Shown here piece after piece: positions 46,562 through 54,812 of a DNA stretch of 61,056 nucleotides. Every line of letters begins with the position of its first letter. Position 1 is the stretch's first letter. Position numbers and translations under genes: made by a program. The notes under the pieces were generated by a model. The model saw only the letters and a list, made by a program, of their open reading frames with translations, made no database searches and was not told the origin of the DNA. Source of the DNA: a virus; the IMG/VR virus record IMGVR_UViG_3300012080_000001, positions 1-61,056 of that record; one strand, given 5' to 3'.

Positions 46562-47508
46562 ATGCATATATTATTTAACGTATCGAATGAAGAGCGGATT
46601 CCTACAGATATACTGGAAACTAATATAAGGCGCTTAGTTGAAAATAACCAACCGAATCTTGACCTTTCAAATCTCTACATTATCTTCTCAGACGATACAC
46701 TAAGAGATGTACGATATTTACAAGAGGCTAAAGGATTGCCTATAATAGGTCACTCTGAACATGCAATAGGAAAGACATTGCATTACATAGAAAATGGTGA
46801 GGAATGGCACGCTATTGTATTGAATTATACATATTTTTCACCTTTTATTTACGAAGTTATTGACGAAGCATTTTTGCCGGCATTTTTAATTAACCATGAG
46901 ATAGGTCACATTTATGAACATAATCTAACATGCAGACATATCCTTCCAACTTATGACTTTGAGCATATCGCAACTTCTCTTAAAGAAGCAGCTCACTATT
47001 CACAAGCGAGTATCGCTTTTGCCGAATACGGCGCCAATTTTTACGCTACAAGAGCATTGTGGCTTTTTGACGACCATATTCAAAAATTTGACATTATTAT
47101 AAATCATTTTTATAATTTACTGCATAACTATGTCAAAGAAATACCGCAGTTACTTGAGAAAGCAAGAGATGAAGTTAATCTCGTGATTGTACAACAATCC
47201 AAACTATTTCATATAGATTGTTCTATTTTAATGCCCAGATAATAGGAATATTCGAAGGAATACAAGCATTTGAAGGTGACCGTATAGTGATTTTCCAAGA
47301 ATTTCTACGAGAAATGAAAAAGAACGAACCTCCCTATATAGTAGATTTTTTCGAAGAGTTAGCATATACGTTGCATACTATTTTGAAAGAGTATGACAGT
47401 TGGGAAGATTCCAGTTTTCTAACTCCCATAAATAAACTAATAAATGATTTCTGGTTAAAGTGTGGTTTTAAAAGTGACGACCGTTTATTTTTTGAGCTGA
47501 TAGAGTAA
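46562..47508 (+). pseudogene. HExxH (HEIGH) metalloprotease-like gene split by a -1 frameshift near 47183..47242
   Basis: ORFs 46550..47242 and 47218..47508 overlap in adjacent frames; the motif is INHEIGHIYEH. Confidence 0.5.
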
Positions 47509-47521
47509 ATTTATAAACTAA

Positions 47522-47561
47522 AAGAACGCATATTTTAATAATTAATATGCGTTCTTTTTTT
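47522..47561. terminator. Strong bidirectional terminator
   Basis: aagaacgcatat...atatgcgttctt (12 bp) followed by T-run. Confidence 0.7.
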
Positions 47562-47578
47562 CTTCCTTTTTATTAGTT

Positions 47579-47953
47579 TTATCCGAAACATTCTCGCATA
47601 CGACGGTTACTATCTCGTGTTCTAACTCGATAATCCATTCCATCCACCGCCACATCTTGCGCAGCCTTTAAAGAACGTTCATCTCCGTAACGAACACGTT
47701 GCTGGTCTTCACTCAATAATGGATATTCATTTCTAGACATCTTATCTGGATGTCTGTCTGCAAGTTCGTCTTGCAATATTAAGGTAGCCATACGGTCAAG
47801 AACGCTTGTCGCTGGCATCTTTTCGTGCTGCGAAAAGTACTTTTCAGTTAATTGTTCAGTAAAATTAATACGATGTTGTCGGCTAGTTTTACTATTCTTA
47901 AATCGTTTGAACTCCGAAGTAATTTCGTTGTGTAAGTCTTGGTTTGTTAACAT
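47579..47953 (-). CDS. Hypothetical protein (late-regulation module)
   Basis: Start at ATG 47953 after GGAG. Confidence 0.45.
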   Translation of the reverse strand: MLTNQDLHNEITSEFKRFKNSKTSRQHRINFTEQLTEKYFSQHEKMPATSVLDRMATLILQDELADRHPDKMSRNEYPLLSEDQQRVRYGDERSLKAAQDVAVDGMDYRVRTRDSNRRMRECFG

Positions 47954-47984
47954 ATAGTATCTCCATTTCATCTTTAAAGTAATC

Positions 47985-48293
47985 TTACGTCAACTCTCCG
48001 TCCATCCACACCCACATTTCGTAGACTTCGTCGATTGCACTGATTCCATCACTGAGAAGCTCACTGATAGTATTTTGACCGACTCCCATTTGCTTACCAG
48101 CGTTATTTTGCGTCAATCCTACGTCATATACGAGGTGAATAGCCTCTGACTGCCTTTCCGTCAATTTCGCCAATGCTAAAGCTCGCTCAAAGTCGATTAG
48201 AGTGTCACTGGCGTCTAAATCTCCGACATAACGGCGCTGCCGCAGTGCGTGTAAGTTCGATAATATTGATTTTGCGGTTGAATTACGTTTCAT
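47985..48293 (-). CDS. Sigma-70 region-4-like HTH transcription regulator
   Basis: LTERQSEAIHLVYDVGLTQNNAGKQMGVGQNTISELL. Confidence 0.5.
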   Translation of the reverse strand: MKRNSTAKSILSNLHALRQRRYVGDLDASDTLIDFERALALAKLTERQSEAIHLVYDVGLTQNNAGKQMGVGQNTISELLSDGISAIDEVYEMWVWMDGELT

Positions 48294-48381
48294 TAAGTTG
48301 ACTCCTTTTGCGTTGATTTCGCGTCTATTCTTTGTTATAATAGGTCATACTAATAACGTTAACTTAACGGAGGTTATACGA

Positions 48382-48975
48382 ATGACCGTATCAAAATTTT
48401 ATACATTGGAAGAATTGCTTCCTACATTAAACGAATCTGCTCGCTCATATTGCGAATCTATTGCCGATACATACGTTGCAGGTGTCGAATTTAATAACGA
48501 ACTATTTCCTATGATTACCCTAGATACCCCAAGTGAAGCTGACGCATACTGCGCAGAACTTGATCGAACACTCGAATATCACTTTAAGCCGGTTCCGAAT
48601 ACAGAATTTGATGAAGATGAAATGCAATTACTTGAAGGATTTACGTTTGTTCCGAATAAAGGCATGGCGCAAATTTACGTTGGTAAGCGTAACCGATTAT
48701 ATTTAAAAGGTGATATCCTATCACAACTTGGCGTTAAACCACGTTCACGTGTCCTTATTGCGTTCAATCCTTCAGACACAGCATTTGCTGTCGTTAAGCC
48801 ATCTGCGCCTTCACTTAGCGAAGAAATGCGTGCAGCAGGCTATTTCGTTAGTAATCGTAAAGACGTTACTGCAGCAAAGCTTTTCAATCAATTTAAGTTA
48901 GATAAATACGAAGGGCAATCATTTTACGCTGATACTGCGTCACTTAGCGGAAATGTCGTTATTTTTAAGCAGTAG
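48382..48975 (+). CDS. Hypothetical protein
   Basis: ATG 48382 after GGAGG; 197 aa. Confidence 0.45.
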   Translation: MTVSKFYTLEELLPTLNESARSYCESIADTYVAGVEFNNELFPMITLDTPSEADAYCAELDRTLEYHFKPVPNTEFDEDEMQLLEGFTFVPNKGMAQIYVGKRNRLYLKGDILSQLGVKPRSRVLIAFNPSDTAFAVVKPSAPSLSEEMRAAGYFVSNRKDVTAAKLFNQFKLDKYEGQSFYADTASLSGNVVIFKQ

Positions 48976-48997
48976 GCAATCGCTTGCTGCTTTTTCG

Positions 48998-50458
48998 CTA
49001 TAAATAATTAATAAGGCGCTCTCCTATCGCTACAATTACGTTTGTTGTGAGACCGTTTCCGGCAAAGCGGTATAAACGACTGTCACTAAATTGCGTTGAA
49101 AGAGCGTCAATAGCCCACTTCGGAACCGACTGCAACTTTAGGCATTCTCTTGGCGTAAGTTTGCGGATGCGGTATTTCGGATACTCTCCGACTGCTACGC
49201 CATGGCGATCAATAGACGTGATTGTGAACGATTCTTCTCCGTCCTCTTTGAATCTACGTCCGTTTTGGCGCTTTTCAAGGCGCTCTGGTGTTAATACTGG
49301 ACGGACTTCTTCAAGCATTTTTACGCCTTCACCTTTGTTTGTAGTCAATGTCGGAGATAGTCCGGCATCAATCGAATATACATTACCGTTCATACCGTTC
49401 CCACTCGGGTTTACGTTGCCGATACATTCCATAACTGCCGTTTGCGATTGATTACGATTAAGTCCACGCCAATCTGACGATGATAAGCAACCCGTAATGT
49501 CACGCTCTTTACCGATGCCGTTTTTGCGGTCATATTCGATGCCTACACGCTCTACAACGCCTTGATTAACGCCACTAGCCTCGATAGTATTCGCCATCTG
49601 CTTACCTACGCGACCTCGGCGAGTTTCGCTGTTAGGGAACTGAATATTAACGGTGTCTCCCTCCGTAGCCACGACGTAGCCCTTAGTCGTCGCCTCTTTT
49701 ACAGCAATACCTTCCACCTTTTCTTCGAGTTGAGCAACGAGCGCTGCTGTCTTATCCTCCGATAAATAATACTTTTCATCGACGATAGGCTCTAAGAAAT
49801 CGCGTAATCGCGTTCTCACTTCCATCTGTTCCGGCCAACCAAAGTTAAACGTTCGTGCGCCTTCTTCTTGATAACGACGTTTTGCTTTCGGAAGCATTGT
49901 CTTACCTTTTACGTCTTTCCACGGCTCGGACGTAATTAAATCGTCTCTAATTGCGATTAGGTAGACCCTTTCTCTGTTCTGCGCTACATCGAAGTATTTC
50001 GAATTTAATACCGTAAAGTCTACCGTATATCCAATCTCATTGATCGCATGAATAATCGTCGCCATCGTATTTCCTTTATCGTGATTTACGAGGCCTTTAA
50101 CGTTCTCCATAAAGAGAATCTTCGGCTTCTTCGCCTTTGCGATTCGCAAAGCCTCGAATGTCAATGTACCGCGAGTGTCGTCGAATCCCCCACGTTTGCC
50201 TGCAACTGAAAACGCTTGGCACGGAGGAGTAAAGGAGAATACGTCAAAGTTCGGTAGCTCGTCTATATTAGCCTCGCAAATGTCGCCATGTACGGGAATT
50301 TCCGGATGAAGTAGCTTATGAGCGTCCTGTGCATATTGGCGTCGCTTTTCCCTTGGATCGTATTCCCATGCGATAACCCCTTCGCCACCTAGCGATTTAA
50401 GTCCGAGTGTCATTCCGCCAATGCCTGCGAATGCTGATGCATAAGTAAATTTCGTCAT
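48998..50458 (-). CDS. dcm: DNA (cytosine-5)-methyltransferase with an unusually long target-recognition region
   Basis: Motifs FAGIGG (I), PPCQAFS (IV), ENVKGL (VI), QNRERV (VIII), GNGLTTNV (X); about 250 aa lie between VIII and IX. Confidence 0.9.
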   Translation of the reverse strand: MTKFTYASAFAGIGGMTLGLKSLGGEGVIAWEYDPREKRRQYAQDAHKLLHPEIPVHGDICEANIDELPNFDVFSFTPPCQAFSVAGKRGGFDDTRGTLTFEALRIAKAKKPKILFMENVKGLVNHDKGNTMATIIHAINEIGYTVDFTVLNSKYFDVAQNRERVYLIAIRDDLITSEPWKDVKGKTMLPKAKRRYQEEGARTFNFGWPEQMEVRTRLRDFLEPIVDEKYYLSEDKTAALVAQLEEKVEGIAVKEATTKGYVVATEGDTVNIQFPNSETRRGRVGKQMANTIEASGVNQGVVERVGIEYDRKNGIGKERDITGCLSSSDWRGLNRNQSQTAVMECIGNVNPSGNGMNGNVYSIDAGLSPTLTTNKGEGVKMLEEVRPVLTPERLEKRQNGRRFKEDGEESFTITSIDRHGVAVGEYPKYRIRKLTPRECLKLQSVPKWAIDALSTQFSDSRLYRFAGNGLTTNVIVAIGERLINYL

Positions 50459-50554
50459 ATAATCGCCCCTTTTAGTCTAATAAACGAGAAAACTCGCCTA
50501 TCTCAACGGATAATTCCGAAGGATAGGCTTATTTGCTATACGATTGTTGTTGCA

Positions 50555-51025
50555 TCATTTCTTCTTTGACTCGACATACGCTAATAGCGCGTAGCCCGCT
50601 AAATCTTGCAACGTATCTCCCACGCTTTCAGATACTTGCGCTTGCTCTCCGCCTTGTAGCGTCTCTAATCGTCGCATTTTATCGTCCATGCGGATTAAAG
50701 CGCTCATAAGTCCGTATTTTCCGTACTGCTGCGAAAAGCTGTCACCATAATCGTGATTCTTACGGATTAATAAGTCTCCTAGAGCGTCTGCAGCGTTTCT
50801 TATTGCGACTTCTCGGGATACTAATTCATCTTCTTCACCAGCTTTACGATGAATCTCGTATTGTCCTGGGTAAGCGTAATATACATCCTCAGTATCATCG
50901 ATATAAAATCGAGGATAGCCTTCCTTTGAGATACTAATCACCTCGTAAATTCCGCCATTTCCATATGACCAATCCTTTGGTACTGAAACAATTCGAATCA
51001 AATCGCCTTTCTGTGCTTTTACCAT
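50555..51025 (-). CDS. DUF1599-like (nucleotide-modification-associated) domain protein
   Basis: C-terminal KNHDYGDSF...RMDDKMRRL pattern. Confidence 0.45.
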   Translation of the reverse strand: MVKAQKGDLIRIVSVPKDWSYGNGGIYEVISISKEGYPRFYIDDTEDVYYAYPGQYEIHRKAGEEDELVSREVAIRNAADALGDLLIRKNHDYGDSFSQQYGKYGLMSALIRMDDKMRRLETLQGGEQAQVSESVGDTLQDLAGYALLAYVESKKK

Positions 51026-51028
51026 ATG

Positions 51029-51727
51029 TTATCGACCCTTTCCGTTTTTAAGTATTGTTACTGTTACCGTTTGTTTTCCTAAGCGATACGCCTCGCTCTC
51101 TGACGCAACAAGTACGTCAATTCTGCGATTCTTTATAGCACCACCGACATCTCCTGCAATTGCCTTAAAAGTTGTTCCATCCGCATATTCAACTCGTACT
51201 ATCGAGCCTAGCGAAATAACGGCATTATCAACCGCAATTATGCGAAGCCCATTGGTGTATATAGTGTCTTTTACATCTATTCCAGTTGCGGTAACTCCGG
51301 AGCATCCATCGCAGCGTGACGTATAGTGTGTAGCAATCATAGTAATTTGCCTCAGTTTAGCGTCATTACTACGACTGATTTGTTTCTGTTCTGTTCGTTT
51401 TTTCTCCGCTAATCTATTGGCTTCTATTAGTTGTTGCTCGAGTACTTTTTTGCGTTGTTCTTCCGCAATCTTAGCCATCTTAGCGTCATATAACCTGTGT
51501 GCTTCTGCTAACGCTTGCTCTCGCTTGATTCGACGTTCAAGCGAGGCACGTTGGCTTTCCTTTTCTAGATATCGCGTGTATATTGCGTTAAATGGGTTAA
51601 CGTATGGAACTATCTCGGTATACCTTTCGGTGGGAGATTCCGCTAAATGTTCGTGATCGGACGGCTTGTGTGCAATGAATAACGCCACTGTTAAGATTCC
51701 AGCAAGTAGAATTTTTAATTTCGTCAC
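51029..51727 (-). CDS. Membrane-anchored 3D-domain protein (cell-wall-binding/lytic)
   Basis: N-terminal TM, coiled coil, C-terminal ATHYT...GVTATG...IAVD...GDVGGAI pattern. Confidence 0.55.
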   Translation of the reverse strand: MTKLKILLAGILTVALFIAHKPSDHEHLAESPTERYTEIVPYVNPFNAIYTRYLEKESQRASLERRIKREQALAEAHRLYDAKMAKIAEEQRKKVLEQQLIEANRLAEKKRTEQKQISRSNDAKLRQITMIATHYTSRCDGCSGVTATGIDVKDTIYTNGLRIIAVDNAVISLGSIVRVEYADGTTFKAIAGDVGGAIKNRRIDVLVASESEAYRLGKQTVTVTILKNGKGR

Positions 51728-51909
51728 TTAGTCATCTTCCCTTTCGATAACACTTCTTTCACATCTCGCCAATAGTCCGCAGATGCTTTTTTAAAATTAA
51801 ACTTAGCCCCTAAAGTCATGCTTTTGCTATACCATTCTGCGAACATTACGAATGGGTAAATTGGAACGCAGAATAGCGAACACAGTATCATAACGATTAA
51901 TAATCGCAT
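51724..51909 (-). CDS. Small membrane protein
   Basis: 61-aa hydrophobic ORF. Confidence 0.4.
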   Translation of the reverse strand: MRLLIVMILCSLFCVPIYPFVMFAEWYSKSMTLGAKFNFKKASADYWRDVKEVLSKGKMTK

Positions 51910-52637
51910 TAATCATTTGCTCCAGCAATCAACTTGTCAACGCTAATAGGGAACAGGGGTTTAATCAATTCAAGTACCGCCTTTGCATACATTTGTATTT
52001 CAACTTGTGAATCATGCGCTAGACGTTGATTTAAGAAATGGCAAACGCTCTGTAGTGATGCTGTCCAGTAGTATTTAACGTACATTCCGTATGCATTTAA
52101 GTATAAGCGTGCTTGCTCTGCACAGATGTCATTGGCAAGCGCCCACTCATAATCTTGCATGTTCCGATCAACATTTTGGATTAAACGCTCAAAAGCCTCT
52201 TTTCCGATTTCAACTGATACAATTGCGCCTGAACCTTGCTTACTATTTGCCGGTGTTGAACGCCATTCATTCGGTTGAGGAACATAATATGACGGTTCTT
52301 CCGTTACATATCGACGACTGGATTCGTTCCAAGCATCCATATTATCTCCGGTAGCTTCGAGCATTGACGAGCCTACGACATACTTCCAATGTTGCCTTGC
52401 GACCATAAGAGGTGCATTAAATTCGAATTGTGCAATTACATGGCGGAATGGAGAAGTGTGCCCCTCTCGTGCTAGAAAGTTGATTAAGCGTTTGTCTGCT
52501 TCGGTTAATGCTTCGGACTTCTTTGCATAAGAACATCGCGCTGCGTTAGCCACTGTCAAATCAGATCCCATTACATCGTGTATCGCTACATAACCCTTAT
52601 CATCGAGCACATTTAATTTACGTTTAATTTGCGTCAT
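51909..52637 (-). CDS. thyX: ThyX-fold protein (flavin-dependent thymidylate synthase-like) with a divergent active-site motif
   Basis: GHTSPFRH, APLMVARQ, ESSRRY and YWTASLQSVCHFLNQR match the ThyX fold, but the canonical RHR triad is replaced (ARQHWKYVVG). Confidence 0.7.
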   Translation of the reverse strand: MTQIKRKLNVLDDKGYVAIHDVMGSDLTVANAARCSYAKKSEALTEADKRLINFLAREGHTSPFRHVIAQFEFNAPLMVARQHWKYVVGSSMLEATGDNMDAWNESSRRYVTEEPSYYVPQPNEWRSTPANSKQGSGAIVSVEIGKEAFERLIQNVDRNMQDYEWALANDICAEQARLYLNAYGMYVKYYWTASLQSVCHFLNQRLAHDSQVEIQMYAKAVLELIKPLFPISVDKLIAGAND

Positions 52638-53059
52638 TATTTTCCTCCTAGTTGTTCAGAATCTAAAGCGTAACCGCCCTTGCCACTAGTACCATCTTGT
52701 CTTGCATGATTTTCAGCATTCTTTTCCATATAAATACGATGAATATCGTCTGGGGACATTCCGACTACTCTAGAAATAGAAAGTAAGAAGTGCCACATGT
52801 CTACAATTTCTTCTTGCAAGGCATCTTGATTAATCGTTTTACTATTTTTCCACCAGCGCCAATTTACTTCACGACGTATCTCGTCAATTTCCGATTCCAT
52901 TGCAATCGTTAATCCTACAACCCATTCATCTATTGTTTTAGCAATTCCTCGCTCAGTGATAATGCGTTGATCTAGTTTTGATTGCATTTCGTACATTTCT
53001 TCGAGTTTGTCGCCACCAATTAATTCGCTTGCCTTTTTCTCAATTAAATTTGCGTCCAT
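52637..53059 (-). CDS. Dimeric (all-alpha) dUTPase / MazG-like NTP pyrophosphatase
   Basis: LTIAMESEIDEIRREVNWRWWK...EEIVDMWHFLLS pattern. Confidence 0.6.
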   Translation of the reverse strand: MDANLIEKKASELIGGDKLEEMYEMQSKLDQRIITERGIAKTIDEWVVGLTIAMESEIDEIRREVNWRWWKNSKTINQDALQEEIVDMWHFLLSISRVVGMSPDDIHRIYMEKNAENHARQDGTSGKGGYALDSEQLGGK

Positions 53060-53274
53060 TATTCGTCATCTCCTTCATAAATATCTTCCTCTGATGGTAG
53101 TGCGAAGCCAATAGCGTGTGTATTAACTTCCTGCGTCAATAAAGGATTAACTGAAACTTGTATTTCCATTTCAGAAGCAACGCCAAGCGTTTCAATGAAC
53201 GCTTGAATATCCGTAGCTGCTTTTGGTAGTTCTGACGAGTCGTTTACGTTTAATCCGATTACATATCGTTTCAA
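53059..53274 (-). CDS. Hypothetical protein
   Basis: 71-aa ORF, coupled. Confidence 0.4.
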   Translation of the reverse strand: MKRYVIGLNVNDSSELPKAATDIQAFIETLGVASEMEIQVSVNPLLTQEVNTHAIGFALPSEEDIYEGDDE

Positions 53275-53286
53275 AAAAAGCCCCTC

Positions 53287-53538
53287 CTAATCACCGAAGA
53301 TATAGTTAAATTCGAAGCCTTTTCGTTCTTCCAAATAACGTTGTAAATTGCTGTGCAATATCTTATAACCTGTCGGAATGACAACGTAATGATCGTTCTT
53401 TAAGTCGATAGCGTCTCCATAGTAATCACGCGGTGTGGATGCTGATTGATGTAAGTCTTGCATATCATGCCAAGTTTCACTGTCATGCCCTGTAAGTCTT
53501 GCGTGCGTTATGTCAGGATGTTCAATGTCCTTTACCAT
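53287..53538 (-). CDS. Hypothetical protein
   Basis: 83-aa ORF. Confidence 0.4.
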   Translation of the reverse strand: MVKDIEHPDITHARLTGHDSETWHDMQDLHQSASTPRDYYGDAIDLKNDHYVVIPTGYKILHSNLQRYLEERKGFEFNYIFGD

Positions 53539-53550
53539 TCAATCGCTCCT

Positions 53551-53934
53551 TTAATCGAAGTGAAAATCTGAGTCATGTAGGGGTTCGACAGTTGCCTTTT
53601 TATATCCGTTTCCCTTCATCGAAAAGAAGTCATGTGATTTTGTTTTCGTCGATAGTCCGTTTAAAACGATTGGATTAAAGTTGTCATGCATGTAATAAGT
53701 GTCAAAGCCTAAGTTGGATAAGGCTTTATTAGCGTTGTACTGAACGAAATTAAGGACATCGTATGTCAAACCAACATCATCATAAATGTCTGCGGTATAT
53801 AACGCTTCGTTCTGGTATAGCTTTTCAAGTGTCTCGTGTACCCACGTAGACAATTCGCTTTGTACCTCAGACGATTGGCGGTTATAAATTTCCTGCGCTA
53901 ATAAACCGACATAGACTCCGTGAATACTCTCATC
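53551..53934 (-). CDS. nrdF: Ribonucleotide reductase class Ib beta subunit, exon 2
   Basis: Begins [15 protein letters not shown], completing the iron-ligand motif ...IINLIIR|DESIHG. Confidence 0.85.
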   Translation of the reverse strand, partial: DESIHGVYVGLLAQEIYNRQSSEVQSELSTWVHETLEKLYQNEALYTADIYDDVGLTYDVLNFVQYNANKALSNLGFDTYYMHDNFNPIVLNGLSTKTKSHDFFSMKGNGYKKATVEPLHDSDFHFD

Positions 53935-54216
53935 CGTTGTATTCAAGTGAGTTCGCTAGGCTCACCCCGTTCTCTTATGAACTGCTACGTATTTCTACGC
54001 AGACTAGACTATATCATGCGCCATAAAGCGCCTCCCCTTTTCGAACGCCAATCGCTTGCGTTCTACTCTACTAACTTCCGCATTTCTGCGTGTTTTCGAT
54101 AGTCGTTGAACCTTCGATACTTTGCCACCCATGCTTATATCGTATCGCTTGGCTGCGGATTGCCCTTGTAGGGTGTCCCCGCAATTAAAGGAGTTTTGAA
54201 TCCGCCACAAAAGTTA
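53935..54216 (-). ncRNA. Group I intron (282 nt, ORF-less) in nrdF
   Basis: All four classical core elements are present: P AAUUGCGGG (54177..54186), Q AAUCCGCAGCC (54151..54161), R GUUCAACGACUA (54100..54111), S GAUAUAGUC (54007..54015). A 7-bp P1 pairs AAUCCGU with GCGGAUU. The intron ends in G. Confidence 0.85.
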
Positions 54217-54801
54217 ACGGATTATTAGGTTGATGATCTCACCAGCCTGCATTAGTTTTCCTTGTCCGTACATATACAATGGATAGTAGAAGCCACTGTA
54301 AAATAAGAATGACTCAAGGAATACTGATGCAACTAGTGCTTTATAGAGTGAAATATCATCGTTATTTTTAATCGACTTATATTGCGTCACAATGACGTCA
54401 GCTTTTGATTGCAAATATTGATTTTCTGTTACCCAATCGAACACACCTTTAATTTCCTCACGGTTTGCTAAAGTTAAGAAAATGTTAGAGTACGATTTGG
54501 CATGGACTGAGTTCTCCATAGCAGACATGAATGTAAGCAGTGCTTGTCGCTGATGTCCTTTAATATGCGGAATTAATCGTGGTATACCCACTCCTTGCTC
54601 TGTATCAAGCAACGTCAATCCGCCAAGTACGCGCATATAAGCTTTCTGCTCTGCGTTTGATAGCCCCTTCCAAGTCAATAAATCCGGTGTGAGCGATATT
54701 TCTTCTGGTAGCCAAAACTGTGAGTGATTCTGCTTTAGAAAAGCCTGCGTAAATGAATCGTCATCTATCGCATAGTTAGCAGCCGTATATACATTGGTCA
54801 T
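54217..54801 (-). CDS. nrdF: Ribonucleotide reductase class Ib beta subunit, exon 1
   Basis: Start at ATG 54801 (GGAGG SD); ends ...GEIINLIIR. Confidence 0.85.
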
Positions 54802-54812
54802 AAAATTCCTCC

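Noticed and set aside
54004-54210. 68-aa minus-strand ORF inside the nrdF intervening sequence (possible intron-encoded protein)
   Set aside because: It spans the P/Q/R core helices of the ribozyme, has no SD, is highly basic and of low complexity, and is far too small for a homing endonuclease. It is most likely a chance ORF.
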